64,000 nt of DNA from assembly GCA_963818475.1 (NCBI GenBank), contig CAWFSF010000006.1, forward strand, positions 2,290,907 through 2,354,906, written 5' to 3'. The notes below the pieces were generated by a model. It had not been told where the DNA came from. It ran no database searches and saw only the letters and a program-made list of their open reading frames with translations. Position numbers and translations under genes: made by a program. Each line of letters opens with the position of its first letter. Positions within the stretch are counted from its first letter, which is position 1. This stretch comes from Nitrospirota bacterium (GTDB lineage Bacteria > Nitrospirota > UBA9217). This document shows, piece after piece, positions 42,384 to 52,916 of the stretch.

Positions 42384-42992
42384 CTATTTCCCGTGCTCGG
42401 CGCAGGGAATGCAAAGAAGCCGTCCGTCAGGAGCCTTTGTCAGTTTATCGGTGAACACCGTCTCTCCGCATTTCGCGCAGCGTTTTACCTCGAAGTTCGG
42501 AGATCCTTTTTTCAAGTCTTTGTGAAACACGTCGCTGATATTCAGGAAGTCGGCTTCGGAAAGCCCAACTATCCGATCGACAAGAGGATCCGTAATCGAC
42601 GCGGGAATATCCTGAGGCGGCACTCCTTTTTTCCTCTCCTGTACAAATGGCGAATTGAGCGCTTTTTCGAAGAATTCCGGCTTCAGTGAGACCCTGACAG
42701 CTTTTCCGGTCCTGGCGTCGATAAGCGTGAAAGCCATTTTATTGTAATAAAGTTTTTGGATGTTAGCCTTGCCGTAGGTGCAGCCGGTGGCGGTCATGAT
42801 GCCATCCAGGAAGCACCCGGCGGCATGTCCTTTGCCCGTCTCCGCTTCCACGAAGAGTTCTTTGTCCTTCGATCGTTCAACGCCGAGCGCCTTCATGGCC
42901 GCGAGACCTGCCCTCAGGCCCATGGGCATGGCCGGGCATTTGTGGCCGTGAAACTTCATTGCGGTGTCAAAATACTCAGTAAATTCTTTCAT
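42384..42992 (-). CDS. FmdE family protein with C-terminal zinc finger
   Basis: FHGHKCP, CFLDG, GCTYGK, CAKCGE...CIPC. Confidence 0.85.
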   Translation of the reverse strand: MKEFTEYFDTAMKFHGHKCPAMPMGLRAGLAAMKALGVERSKDKELFVEAETGKGHAAGCFLDGIMTATGCTYGKANIQKLYYNKMAFTLIDARTGKAVRVSLKPEFFEKALNSPFVQERKKGVPPQDIPASITDPLVDRIVGLSEADFLNISDVFHKDLKKGSPNFEVKRCAKCGETVFTDKLTKAPDGRLLCIPCAEHGK

Positions 42993-43141
42993 TGCAGGCC
43001 TCCGTTAGTGTTTGAATGACATGGTTCTTCCCTGGCGAACGCAAATGCGGTTCTGAGGATCACCAGCCATTCCACCAGCAGCGGCAAATGACAGAAAAAC
43101 GTTTTTTAATCCTTACTTTTCGTTGTCGCATGATCGGATCT

Positions 43142-43831
43142 TCAAAAGTTAACTATTCCAAGATAGAGCCCTGCAGCCACAAGCAATGCACCGCTGAACC
43201 GTTTCGAGTATAAGGAGAAGTTCTTAATTCCTTTCGAACTCACCATGCTCTCCGTCAGCCCGATGGAAAGACCTGCAATAAAGATCAACGCGCAATGTCC
43301 CACGGCATACACGAAGAGAAGCGACCCGCCGTACAGAACATCACCCTGAGTGGAAACGTAAGCAAGTATCACGGCCAGCACCGGCGTGGCGCAGGGAGAC
43401 GAGACGGTGCCGGTCAAAAGTCCGAGGAGGAACGCGCCCCAGAGGCCCCGGGACTTCACCTGCCGTGTTTTCTGGAACGGCAGCGGAATCGAGATGAAGC
43501 CCATGAGCTGGAGCCCCATGGCCACGGCGATCACCGCAAGGCCGATATACAGCCACTGGCCCGCAAAAGAAAGGAATTGGCCCATGGCCGATGCCGCAGC
43601 GCCGAGGACCGTGAAGGTGATGGACAGTCCGAGAATGAATACGAGTGAGTAGATCGCGGCTTTCTTCTTATCCCCCCCGGAATAACCGCCCACGTACCCG
43701 ATGATCAGCGGTATGGCCGCGAGCACGCAGGGACTCGCTGCGGAGATCAGACCGCCGGCAAAGACGGCCAGAAACGCCAGGCTGTGATTGTTCTGGATGA
43801 TCGTCTGAATATTTTCCAATAAGTGCTGCAT
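43142..43831 (-). CDS. ccdA: Cytochrome c biogenesis CcdA/DsbD membrane protein
   Basis: SPCVL and SPCATP cysteines in a 6-TM protein. Confidence 0.85.
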   Translation of the reverse strand: MQHLLENIQTIIQNNHSLAFLAVFAGGLISAASPCVLAAIPLIIGYVGGYSGGDKKKAAIYSLVFILGLSITFTVLGAAASAMGQFLSFAGQWLYIGLAVIAVAMGLQLMGFISIPLPFQKTRQVKSRGLWGAFLLGLLTGTVSSPCATPVLAVILAYVSTQGDVLYGGSLLFVYAVGHCALIFIAGLSIGLTESMVSSKGIKNFSLYSKRFSGALLVAAGLYLGIVNF

Positions 43832-43857
43832 AGCGAATACCTTATGTAAGGGCTGTT

Positions 43858-44076
43858 TTAAGTTTCCGTGAGTCTTTCCTTTGCTTTGTCCACCACACGG
43901 CGGACATCGCCCAGGCATCACCTGCCGAGCGGATTCTTTTCGCCGCAGGAGCATCCACCGCCCTTTTTCTCAGCCATGATCTTTTCCATGATCAGGGAGC
44001 GGCCGTTGTTTGCCAGAACATCTTTTGTTATGTCTTCTTCTGAATATCCAAAACAGTAGCAAATCTGATTTTTCAA
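43858..44076 (-). CDS. Small Cys-rich BFD-like/CopZ-N-like Fe-S/Zn protein, candidate selenoprotein (in-frame TGA at 43918-43920)
   Basis: TTG start; ICYCFG...GCSCGEKNPLGR-TGA-CLGDVRRVV; TGA sits at the first C of the NPxGxCCLG motif; hairpin follows. Confidence 0.72.
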
Positions 44077-44104
44077 GATTCGGTCCCCCGCCAGGGCATT
44101 TAAC

Positions 44105-44484
44105 CTATATCCCAGCCTTCTTCAGCACAGGTGCGATCTCTTCATAGGAATAAAATCCGACATGCCGGTGAAATTCCTTGCCGCTCTTGTCCAGAAAAAC
44201 CTGTGTCGGGATCATGTTCACTCCGAACCGTCTGCCGGTCTTATTGTCCTCACGCACATCGATAAAGATGACCTCAAGCTTCCCCGGGTACGTATCGCGC
44301 AATCTCTGCATTACCGGCTTCATCTGCTCGCAGGGAATGCAGCCGACCGAACCCAGCTCAAGCATGACGATCTTGCCTTCCGCTTTCGCTTTGTTCAGCA
44401 CACCATCGATGTCTCCGGTGCATTGCTGCATGACGAAATAGACAACAGGAACAGTACAACCAGCACCGCAAACTTGATTTTCAT
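44105..44484 (-). CDS. Thioredoxin-family lipoprotein (frameshift after the signal peptide)
   Basis: MKIKFAVLVVLFLLSISSC signal; ELGSVGCIPC, IPTQVF. Confidence 0.78.
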
Positions 44485-45200
44485 TTCGCCTCCTTCAGCC
44501 TCTCTGCAAAATACACGGGCAACCCGCTCGCCACGATCGCCTTTGCCGCTTTCTCCACATCATAGGGTACCCGCAAAAAATCTACGCTTACCGACTTGGC
44601 GGTTATCTCGATCAGGGCCACGCAGGCCCTTGGGTCGCCGTCCTTCGGCTTGCCCACGCTTCCGGCGTTGATAAATATTTTATTTTCGACATCCTTACGG
44701 TAGGGCTTGTGCGTATGGCCGTAGATCAGAATGTCGGCATCTATCTTTCCGGCCATCTCAGTGAAAGAACTTCTCCGGCCGGTCCTCGAACCAATAGAGG
44801 TTGTTCTTGCGCGGTGTGGCGTGAAACAGCGCGACTTTCCTTCCGAGAACCTCAAAAATGATCTCAACGAGGAAGCTTTCCAAGGTACTTCTTCGTCTTC
44901 GCCGAGGCATGCTCCTTCGTCCAGGCGAATGATCGATTTGCCATTTCCTCCTGCACCGGATCCTCGGCCTTGCAGCCGCAGTGCTCCCGGTCATTGGCGC
45001 CACGGTTTCGTCGTAGTTTCCCTGCACGCCTTCTATATTATGTTCTCTGATAAAATCAACGACCTCATTCACAAAGGGAGAATATCCGCCCAGATCGCCG
45101 AGATGGTAAATCTTTTCCGCACCCGCGCCTGCGCCGCCTCATAGGCCGCCTTCAGGGCCTCGATGTTTCCGTGTATGTCTCCGAATACCGCGAACTTCAT
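44481..45200 (-). CDS. Metallophosphoesterase (ars-operon associated; frameshifted)
   Basis: GDIHGN, HLGDLGGY, QGNYD, GHTHKP, NAGSVGKPKDGDPRA across frames. Confidence 0.78.
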
Positions 45201-45241
45201 TTAATCACCTCAACGCAACAATACTGATCCGACGACCTTCG

Positions 45242-46321
45242 TCAAAGCGTATCGGTTCCCTTGACCCTGCAGTATTCAACGCTGAAATAGGTCCGCTGAA
45301 AATACTTGGCCACATTCACCAGGCCGATCAGCACCGGCACCTCGACCAGCGGCCCGATGACCGCGGCGAAGGCCGCGCCGGAATTGATGCCGAACACGGC
45401 TACGGCTACGGCGATGGCGAGTTCGAAATTGTTGCTTGCCGCGGTAAAGGACAGCGTCGCGGTCTTCGGATAGTCCGCTCCGATCTTCTTTCCGAGATAG
45501 AACGAGACCAGGAACATGACCACGAAATAGATCAGCAGCGGAACCGCGATGCGGAGCACATCAAGCGGCAGCTTGACGATGTAGTTGCCTTTGAGCGAGA
45601 ACATGACGACGATCGTGAACAGCAGCGCAATAAGCGTGAGCGGGCTGATCTTCGGGATGAAAACCGTTTCGTACCACTGGCGGTCCTTGATCTTGATAAG
45701 CATGAAGCGGGTCAGCATGCCGGCGATGAACGGGATGCCGAGATAGATGAAGACGCTTTCGGCGATCTGGCCGATGGTCACATCGACGACAACACCCTTG
45801 AGCCCGAACCAGACCGGAAGCACGGTTATAAAGATATAGGCATAGACGGAAAAGAAAAGGACCTGAAAGATCGAGTTGAACGCCACGAGACCGGCGGCAT
45901 ATTCCGTGTCGCCGCAGGCGAGATCGTTCCAGACGATGACCATGGCGATGCAGCGCGCCAGGCCGATCATGATGAGGCCGACCATGTATTCGGGATAATT
46001 GCGAAGAAAAATGATCGCAAGAGCGAACATCAGGACAGGGCCGATGACCCAGTTCTGGACCAGGGACAAGGCGAGGATCTTCTTGTTCCTGAACACTTCG
46101 CCGAGTTCTTCATATTTTACCTTGGCAAGCGGCGGGTACATCATGAGGATGAGGCCGATGGCGATGGGGATATTGGTCGTGCCGACCTGAAAGCTGTTGA
46201 TGAATTCTTCAGTGCCCTGGATGAAATAGCCGAGCCCCACGCCGAGGGCCATTGCCGCAAAGATCCAGAGCGTCAGGAAGCGGTCTACAAATGATAGTTT
46301 TTTCTCCCCCTTCTCAGCCAT
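45242..46321 (-). CDS. acr3: ACR3 family arsenite/antimonite efflux transporter
   Basis: [48 protein letters not shown]. Confidence 0.95.
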   Translation of the reverse strand: MAEKGEKKLSFVDRFLTLWIFAAMALGVGLGYFIQGTEEFINSFQVGTTNIPIAIGLILMMYPPLAKVKYEELGEVFRNKKILALSLVQNWVIGPVLMFALAIIFLRNYPEYMVGLIMIGLARCIAMVIVWNDLACGDTEYAAGLVAFNSIFQVLFFSVYAYIFITVLPVWFGLKGVVVDVTIGQIAESVFIYLGIPFIAGMLTRFMLIKIKDRQWYETVFIPKISPLTLIALLFTIVVMFSLKGNYIVKLPLDVLRIAVPLLIYFVVMFLVSFYLGKKIGADYPKTATLSFTAASNNFELAIAVAVAVFGINSGAAFAAVIGPLVEVPVLIGLVNVAKYFQRTYFSVEYCRVKGTDTL

Positions 46322-46379
46322 TGTTCATCCCCCTTTTTGATATGAAAGCGTTTGTAATGGAGCCTTCGAAGAACATCGC

Positions 46380-46763
46380 TTATCCGCAGCAACGAGCCTT
46401 CGGTTTCAGGGTCTTCAGGGTCGTAACCTTGCCGCCGCCATCTTTGCTTTCCAGAAAAGCATTCAGTCTCTTCCTGTCCGCTGATATTGAGCCGTCCTGC
46501 ATCCGCTCACACACAGAGAGGATCAGCGTTCTTCTGAACAGGTCTTTTTCGTTCAGACTGTAATGGATCCATTTGCCCTGTTTTCGGTCCTTGATGAAGC
46601 CCGCTTCCTTCAGGGCGCTGAGATGAAAGGACACCTTCGGCTGCACCATGTCCAGCGCGGCGGTGATGTCGCACACGCACAGCTCGCCCTCTTCCAGGAG
46701 CTTGATGATCCGGAGCCTCGTTTCGTCGGAAAGCGCTTTAAATATCATGACGAGATCGTTCAT
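46380..46763 (-). CDS. arsR: ArsR family metalloregulator
   Basis: [24 protein letters not shown]; C-terminal CC. Confidence 0.92.
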   Translation of the reverse strand: MNDLVMIFKALSDETRLRIIKLLEEGELCVCDITAALDMVQPKVSFHLSALKEAGFIKDRKQGKWIHYSLNEKDLFRRTLILSVCERMQDGSISADRKRLNAFLESKDGGGKVTTLKTLKPKARCCG

Positions 46764-46769
46764 AGTTTT

Positions 46770-46825
46770 TTCGGTGAATCGGTTATTCGGTGAGTCGGCA
46801 ATTACCCTTCACCCACTCACCCCTC
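46770..46825. repeat. Empty palindromic octamer array
   Basis: TTCGGTGAATCGGTTATTCGGTGAGTCGG ... TTACCCTTCACCCACTCACCCC. Confidence 0.7.
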
Positions 46826-47060
46826 TGATTCTTATAAGTTCTTTTACCTTCTCGAGCGTCGGCAGCGGCTTGCCGGAATGCTTGATCTTGCCGTTCACGA
46901 CAAGGCCCGGCGTGGACAGAATACCGTGCATGGCGATCTCGCCGATATCCGTGATCTTTACGACCGTGGCCTCGACACCGAGTTCCTTAACAGCCTGCTT
47001 CGCAATCTCTTCCATCTTGTGGCAATTCGCACAACCTGGTCCCAGCACTTTGATTTCCAT
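46809..47060 (-). CDS. MTH895/ArsE-like small thioredoxin
   Basis: VLGPGCANC, STPGLVVNG. Confidence 0.88.
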   Translation of the reverse strand: MEIKVLGPGCANCHKMEEIAKQAVKELGVEATVVKITDIGEIAMHGILSTPGLVVNGKIKHSGKPLPTLEKVKELIRIRGVSG

Positions 47061-47071
47061 GATAACCTCCG

Positions 47072-47575
47072 AATTCGGTAAATTGGTAAATTGGTGAATA
47101 GGTTGATCGGTAAATCGTTATAAGCTCATTAACCTCTTCACCCCTTCACCGACTCACCCATTCACCGACTCACCCTTCTCGCCATAATTAACTTCGTAAG
47201 CATTGATCCTATTTTGTTGCACTTTTCCTCAAGCGGGTCAAAAGTCTCCTGAGCGACGTAATTTATATCTTTGGCAATTTCCAGTTGTGTTCTTAATTCC
47301 GAGATAGAACCTTTGGCAATCATCAGAAACCGGACAAACTCTTTATCACTATTACGTTCATACCCCTCAGCGATGTTCGATGCTATTGAAACACCAGCTC
47401 GCTGCATCTGGTCTTTTAGGCCATAATCTTTTGCAAGCCCGCCGTTTGCCGTTATCTTATAAACCTCCACGGCCAATATTTTTGCTTCCTGCCATACTCT
47501 CAATTCTTTGAAACTCTCGTATCCCATCTCCCCTCCCCACTGACCGACTCACCCATTCACCCACTCACCGCTTCA
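47072..47575. mobile_element. Candidate repeat-bounded cassette carrying a four-helix-bundle gene
   Basis: Direct octamer arrays (TCACCGAC/TTCACCCA) at 47128-47176 and 47540-47575 flank the gene; inverted arm at 47072-47114; gene visibly more AT-rich than its neighbours. Confidence 0.55.
47162..47527 (-). CDS. Four helix bundle protein (23S rRNA IVP / TIGR02436-like)
   Basis: FKELRVWQEA, DQMQRAGVSIASNIAEG, FLMIAKGSISELRTQL. Confidence 0.9.
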   Translation of the reverse strand: MGYESFKELRVWQEAKILAVEVYKITANGGLAKDYGLKDQMQRAGVSIASNIAEGYERNSDKEFVRFLMIAKGSISELRTQLEIAKDINYVAQETFDPLEEKCNKIGSMLTKLIMARRVSR

Positions 47576-47581
47576 GCATTT

Positions 47582-48535
47582 TTACAGAATCGCGTTGAAC
47601 AGATATCCCACGCCGATGATCGTGACCGTCATGATCGAGACGAACACGGCGAGGAGCTTGATCTTGAGCACCTTCCGCAGAATGATCATCTCGGGAAGCG
47701 ACAGGGCCGTGACCGCCATCATGAAGGCCAGCACCGTGCCCATGCTCATGCCTTTTTCCATAAGCGCATAGACGATCGGGATCACGCCCGCGGCGTTGGA
47801 GTAGAGCGGCACGCCGAGGGCAACGGCGATCGGAACACCGAAGGGATTCTGCGGACCGGCATACTGGACCAGGAAATCTTCAGGCACATACCCGTGGATG
47901 AACCCGCCGATGCCGATGGCAACGATCACATAGATCCAGACCTTCTTCAGGATGTCCGTCGTATTCTCCCGGGCGTAGACAAGCCGGTCTTTGAATGTCT
48001 GCTTTGCGATGTCGGCAGCAGCACCCAGGGACTTGATCTTATACACATACTCCTCGACCCATTTTTCAAGCTTCAGCTTGCCGATGATCATGCCCGCGAT
48101 GATCGCCACAAGAAGACCGGTCCCCAGATAGATCAGCGCGATCTTCCAGCCGAAGAGCCCCCACAGAAGCACGACGGCAACTTCATTCACCATGGGGGAG
48201 GAGATCAGAAAGGAGAACGTTACGCCGAGCGGAACACCGGCTTCAACAAACCCGATAAAGAGCGGGACAGCGGAACAGGAGCAGAAAGGGGTGACGATGC
48301 CGAGGAGGGCGGCGAGAATATTACCGATAAACTCTCGTTTATGGGACAGAATGCGTTTCGTCCGTTCAGGAGGAAAGTAGGACCGGATGATGGAAACGAT
48401 GAAGATAATGACGGAAAGGAGCAGAAATATCTTTATTGTGTCGTAAATGAAGAATTCCAGGGCTCCGGAAAGCCGGCTGCCCTGCGCCATGTCGAAAACC
48501 GAGTACACCAGGTAGTGAGCAAATTCCTTGAGCAT
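47582..48535 (-). CDS. DUF318/ArsP-like permease
   Basis: TPFCSCSAVP, LISSPMVNE, GVPLYSNAAG, LSLPE. Confidence 0.85.
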   Translation of the reverse strand: MLKEFAHYLVYSVFDMAQGSRLSGALEFFIYDTIKIFLLLSVIIFIVSIIRSYFPPERTKRILSHKREFIGNILAALLGIVTPFCSCSAVPLFIGFVEAGVPLGVTFSFLISSPMVNEVAVVLLWGLFGWKIALIYLGTGLLVAIIAGMIIGKLKLEKWVEEYVYKIKSLGAAADIAKQTFKDRLVYARENTTDILKKVWIYVIVAIGIGGFIHGYVPEDFLVQYAGPQNPFGVPIAVALGVPLYSNAAGVIPIVYALMEKGMSMGTVLAFMMAVTALSLPEMIILRKVLKIKLLAVFVSIMTVTIIGVGYLFNAIL

Positions 48536-48547
48536 TCCCGCACCTCA

Positions 48548-48594
48548 TATAAAATAATGTTTATATGTTATCGAAGGTGGACGGGTTTGTCAAG
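48548..48594 (-). promoter_or_regulatory. Promoter of the ars operon with a putative ArsR operator
   Basis: Minus strand TTGACA-17-TAACAT followed by the palindrome ATATAA-ACATTATT-TTATAT. Confidence 0.55.
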
Positions 48595-48718
48595 AATATT
48601 TTTCAGCTCCGTGAAGGTTGGCGACAACAGTGCGGAAGGCGGGATGGAAATCAGAACGTGGTAAAACAGCATGCACCACTATTGTCGGTTGAAATCCGTC
48701 AGTACGGCGGTGTACGGA

Positions 48719-50305
48719 TCAGTGGAGTTCCTTTTGACTGGCCAGGATCGTCAGTTTCGGTGATTCCCGCAGCCGGGGCTCGGTCCGGCCGCCATTGTCC
48801 GATAGCTTAAAAAGAGCCACCATCTGGTCGAGTTCGGCAGCCGCTGCGGATAGTTCCTGCGCCGTCGATGCAATTTGCTCCGTGGCGCCGGCGTTCTGCT
48901 GAATGACGTTGTTCAACTGTTCAATAGCACTGCCGATTTGCCCCGCGCCGCCGGCCTGCTCCTTGCTGGCAGCGCTGATCTCCTGCACGAGAGCCGCGGT
49001 CTGCTGAATATCGGGAACCAGCTGTGCCAGCATCTTGCCCGCCCGTTCCGCGACCTCCTTGGTCGTCGATGACAGATGGCTGATCTCCGCCGCAGCGGCC
49101 TGGCTTCGCTCCGCAAGCTTTCGGACCTCGGCCGCGACGACCGCAAACCCTTTTCCGTGCTCTCCCGCGCGGGCCGCCTCGATCGCCGCGTTCAAGGCAA
49201 GGAGGTTCGTCTGACGCGCTATTTCCTCGATGATCGAGATCCGGGAGGCGATATCCTTCATGGCAATGACTGCCTCGGACACAGCCTTGCCGCTTTCGAT
49301 GGCATCGTTGGCCGAACTTTGCGCGATCTTTTCTGTCTGCGCGGCGTTCTCCGCGTTTTGCCTGATCGTGGCGTTCATTTCCTCTACGGACGAAGAGACC
49401 TCTTCGGCCGATGCCGCCTGTTCTGTCGAGCCCTGGGACATCATCTCAGTGCCGGAGGCTATTTGTTGGGCGCTCAGGACGGTCTTTTGGGCGGTTTCCC
49501 TGATCCTGCGGATCAAACCGCTGAGATCGGAAACCATCTTGGAGGTCGCCTGCGCCAGTTGCCCGATCTCGTCCTTGGCCCCGAGATCTACCTTCCGCAG
49601 CAGTTCGTCCCGCAAATCGCCCTGAGAAACCTGCGAATTTATTTCTGCAAGCTTCATGACCGGGCTTATGATGGACCGCCCGATCGCTACAATAAGCAAA
49701 AGAATGATGATGAATATCGTTCCGGTGACCGCAATTGCCGCGATCAGGGTACGTTTGACCATGGCGGCCGCATTGGCCTCCAACTCATCGTTTTCCAGGC
49801 CGATCATCATCACCATGGCGTCTATCTGCTCATTGTAACGTTCGTACCGCTGCTCCTGGATACCAATCGCCATTTCTCGCGCATCCGCATGCCCACCCCG
49901 CTCAATGGCCGGAAGCATGTCGTTCTCGACCGTTGTGAGAAATTCCGACCAGGTCGTCTGGGCGTCCTGGATCGTTATCTTTTTTTCCTCGGTCGTGACA
50001 AGACTGAGTACGCCCGCAAAGCCATCGTCGATTTCCTTCTTGAAACCATCAAGCCGTGCTTTGGTCTGCGCGATACGGTCCTGGTTCGTCTCATCGATAA
50101 TGATCGACACATCCGCGCGATAGTGATTCAGCCTGGTGCTCAGTTTCGCGATCTGCTCAAGCGTGTCCTTGTTCCCCTTGATCGTATTGTACATGTCGCT
50201 GCCGATCCTGACCTTTCCGGTCAGGTACAGACCGATCCCGAAGGTCAGGACGAGTCCCGACAGCACGACCGCGGTGAGCACAAGCAGCTTGTTCCGCAGT
50301 TTCAT
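48719..50305 (-). CDS. Methyl-accepting chemotaxis protein
   Basis: TM-periplasmic domain-TM-HAMP; [37 protein letters not shown]. Confidence 0.93.
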   Translation of the reverse strand: MKLRNKLLVLTAVVLSGLVLTFGIGLYLTGKVRIGSDMYNTIKGNKDTLEQIAKLSTRLNHYRADVSIIIDETNQDRIAQTKARLDGFKKEIDDGFAGVLSLVTTEEKKITIQDAQTTWSEFLTTVENDMLPAIERGGHADAREMAIGIQEQRYERYNEQIDAMVMMIGLENDELEANAAAMVKRTLIAAIAVTGTIFIIILLLIVAIGRSIISPVMKLAEINSQVSQGDLRDELLRKVDLGAKDEIGQLAQATSKMVSDLSGLIRRIRETAQKTVLSAQQIASGTEMMSQGSTEQAASAEEVSSSVEEMNATIRQNAENAAQTEKIAQSSANDAIESGKAVSEAVIAMKDIASRISIIEEIARQTNLLALNAAIEAARAGEHGKGFAVVAAEVRKLAERSQAAAAEISHLSSTTKEVAERAGKMLAQLVPDIQQTAALVQEISAASKEQAGGAGQIGSAIEQLNNVIQQNAGATEQIASTAQELSAAAAELDQMVALFKLSDNGGRTEPRLRESPKLTILASQKELH

Positions 50306-50402
50306 GTTTCCGATGGGGTTGGAACACCCCGCTCCATACCTTTGCAAGCCTCCACATAGGGTATCCCCTTCCTCTGGGCAGCTTGATAAAAAAGCCCTGT
50401 TC

Positions 50403-51230
50403 CTATTTTTTTACCGGCACGAAATTTATGCCTACGATCTTCTGACCATCCGGTGAAAGCATGAAATCGATGAATTTCTTTACATCGCCTTTCGGCAGTC
50501 CCTGCGTCACGAGCAAAAGAGGCCGCGAGATCATGTAAGCGCCGGATTGAATGTTCGCCGCCGATGGCGCGATGCCGTTCACGGTCACGGCCTTGACATT
50601 GCCGCGAAGATCTCCACTCACGGCCGCGAGCAGCCCGAAACTGACACCACAAACAGCATTCTCGTTCTTCGCCACGTCCACGATCTGATCGCGCGGGAAG
50701 TCAATCTCCTTGAAGCCCGTTCCATAGGGCGCATTATCCATCGCCATTTCCTGGAACGCCAGCATCGTTGCCCGTTTTTCTCCCGCGACCTCGGTGTTCG
50801 GCCGGATGGGCGCGTCCTTACCACCCACCTCTTTCCAGTTCTTTATCTTGCCGGTAAAGATCCCCTTGACCTGCTCCTTCGTAAGGTTCTTGACCGGATT
50901 GTTCTTATGAACGAAGACTGCAATTGCATCATACCCGATCGCCGTGCCCAGCAGTTTCATTGCTTTTTCCTGGGGCTTCAGAGTGCGCGAGGCGCCGGCA
51001 AGCGTCACTTTTCCATCCAGCAACGCCTGGATCCCTTTTCCCGAGCCCGGTTGATCAATGGATTTGAACTTTATTCCCATTTTCTGCTCGAACGCTTTTA
51101 CCGCTCCTGCTTCCAGCACCGACATCCCGATCGTGGATGAGCCGCTGTAGGAAAGCTCGTCTGCCGCAAATGCAAATCCCGCATTCACGAAAAAAACCGA
51201 CAATAGGAACAACGCAATTTTTCTGATCAT
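50403..51230 (-). CDS. PstS-like periplasmic oxyanion-binding protein
   Basis: Signal peptide, [28 protein letters not shown]. Confidence 0.8.
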   Translation of the reverse strand: MIRKIALFLLSVFFVNAGFAFAADELSYSGSSTIGMSVLEAGAVKAFEQKMGIKFKSIDQPGSGKGIQALLDGKVTLAGASRTLKPQEKAMKLLGTAIGYDAIAVFVHKNNPVKNLTKEQVKGIFTGKIKNWKEVGGKDAPIRPNTEVAGEKRATMLAFQEMAMDNAPYGTGFKEIDFPRDQIVDVAKNENAVCGVSFGLLAAVSGDLRGNVKAVTVNGIAPSAANIQSGAYMISRPLLLVTQGLPKGDVKKFIDFMLSPDGQKIVGINFVPVKK

Positions 51231-51365
51231 AATTACCCTCCTGTAGTTGAATTAAATGTTTTTCTAAATACCCGATCGCTCTATTTTGCCCTAGATCGCA
51301 TAATGTTGCATATTTCCCTGTGCAGACGAAAGCCCAAATATGCATATGGTGCTGTGGCTTTACTT

Positions 51366-51381
51366 TGCAATTTTTTTACCA
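51366..51381 (-). promoter_or_regulatory. Putative sigma54 promoter for the pstS-like/MCP pair
   Basis: Minus strand TGGTAAAAAAATTGCA (GG-N10-GC). Confidence 0.5.
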
Positions 51382-51860
51382 AGGAAATTCCTGATTATTA
51401 AATCATTAAATCAGCAGGTTAATTCCAGTGACAGCAGCAGACTGTCCAGAAATAGGACGCTGTAGGAGTTCATGCAGCCAAAGTTTGTCATGTTTTCGCT
51501 TTTTAACTTTTTGCACTATTATGTGTTGTGAGGGGTATTGGCAGGAGATAGGACCAACGCATCTTAGTTCGTACCGATGCCTGATGTTCACGCAGGACGC
51601 TGGCTGATCTGGATTAGATACAGCGGGTGGCACAAGGGGAATCAGTTCGGATGTTTTCTTTGCTGCCATGATTCCTGCTACCCGCGCTATACCAAAAAGT
51701 CACCTTTGGAAACCTTCCGGTCCAGAATGAACTGAAGCGTTTCAGGCATCATGAAAAATCGGCCAGCAGCAGCCTCGCGCACTGTTTGCGCTTTCGCGGA
51801 AATATCCACCATACGGGCAGCGCCTTCGTCGTTGAAGTGACTCAGCTTAGTACTCATTCA

Positions 51861-52871
51861 TTATCCCCCGATCTGCGACATGGGAGACATGGCGGGACGG
51901 AGTAAGGACCTCTCTCGAACGGCATGGCGCTCGGGTTTGGACAGAACAGCGCTGCGATAGAGGGCTTCCAGTTCGTCGTCCGATACGCCGTTCCTGAGCG
52001 GAGTTTTGATGTCCACGGTAATTTCTGAAAACAGACAGGGTCTCAGCTTTCCGATCGCCGTAAGGCGCAACCGGTTGCAGGAACCGCAGAAACAATCGCT
52101 GATAGGGCTGATGAAGCCGATCATACCCTGTGCCCCCTCAATGCGGTAATTTCTCGACGGGCCTCCCCCCTTGAACGGAAGCTGAACGAGCGTGCCTGCG
52201 CCTGCTACACGCCCCACGATCTCGTCTTTACTCAGATACGCATCAGGTTTCCATGATCCATTGTTTCCAATGGGCATGAACTCGATAAACCGGATGTGAA
52301 CGTCCTTGTACAGGGTAAGCGCCGCAAACCTGGTTATTTCATCGTCATTGACGCCCCGGACCGGGACCACGTTGATCTTCACCGGCGAGAGGCCGGCTCG
52401 TTCCGCTTCCGCGACCGCTTCCCATACGCGATCGATCTCGCCGCCTCGTGTTATGTCCCGGTAGCGGTCCGCGATTAGTGTATCGAGACTGATGTTTACC
52501 CGGTCGAGACCCGCTTTTTTGAGTTTCTGCGCCATGCCTGCCAGGCGCTGCCCGTTCGTGGTTATACTGAGGTCCTTTATGCCGGCGCTCTTGATGCCTG
52601 AGATCAGCGGGACAATATCTGCACGCAGAAGCGGTTCGCCGCCGGTGAGGCGGACTTTCCTGACGCCGTATTTACACGCAATGCGCACGATCCTGATGAT
52701 CTCGTCGCTCGTAAGAATATCCGACTGGGCGAAGTGCTTGAGCCCTTTTTCCGGCATGCAATAGATGCATTTCAAATTACATTTGTCGGTGATGGAAATT
52801 CTGAGATAGTCTATCTGCCGGTTGAAGGCGTCTTTAAGCGATTCTGATACGTAGGTGTTATTGTTACGCAT
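51861..52871 (-). CDS. moaA: GTP 3',8-cyclase MoaA
   Basis: YLRISITDKCNLKCIYC, LTGGEP, FCGSCNRLRL, C-terminal IGG. Confidence 0.95.
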   Translation of the reverse strand: MRNNNTYVSESLKDAFNRQIDYLRISITDKCNLKCIYCMPEKGLKHFAQSDILTSDEIIRIVRIACKYGVRKVRLTGGEPLLRADIVPLISGIKSAGIKDLSITTNGQRLAGMAQKLKKAGLDRVNISLDTLIADRYRDITRGGEIDRVWEAVAEAERAGLSPVKINVVPVRGVNDDEITRFAALTLYKDVHIRFIEFMPIGNNGSWKPDAYLSKDEIVGRVAGAGTLVQLPFKGGGPSRNYRIEGAQGMIGFISPISDCFCGSCNRLRLTAIGKLRPCLFSEITVDIKTPLRNGVSDDELEALYRSAVLSKPERHAVRERSLLRPAMSPMSQIGG

Positions 52872-52916
52872 GTTCTCACTCCATGATAAATCCGCGTGGA
52901 GGTACGGAAGTTTCTC

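Noticed and set aside
43016-43135. Small ORF with TGA (MRQRKVRIKKRFSVICRCWWNGW*) as a third selenoprotein
   Set aside because: No recognisable family, RBS or convincing SECIS hairpin.
47162-47527. DGR Avd gene or 23S rRNA intervening sequence
   Set aside because: No reverse transcriptase, TR/VR pair or rRNA sequence occurs in the window.
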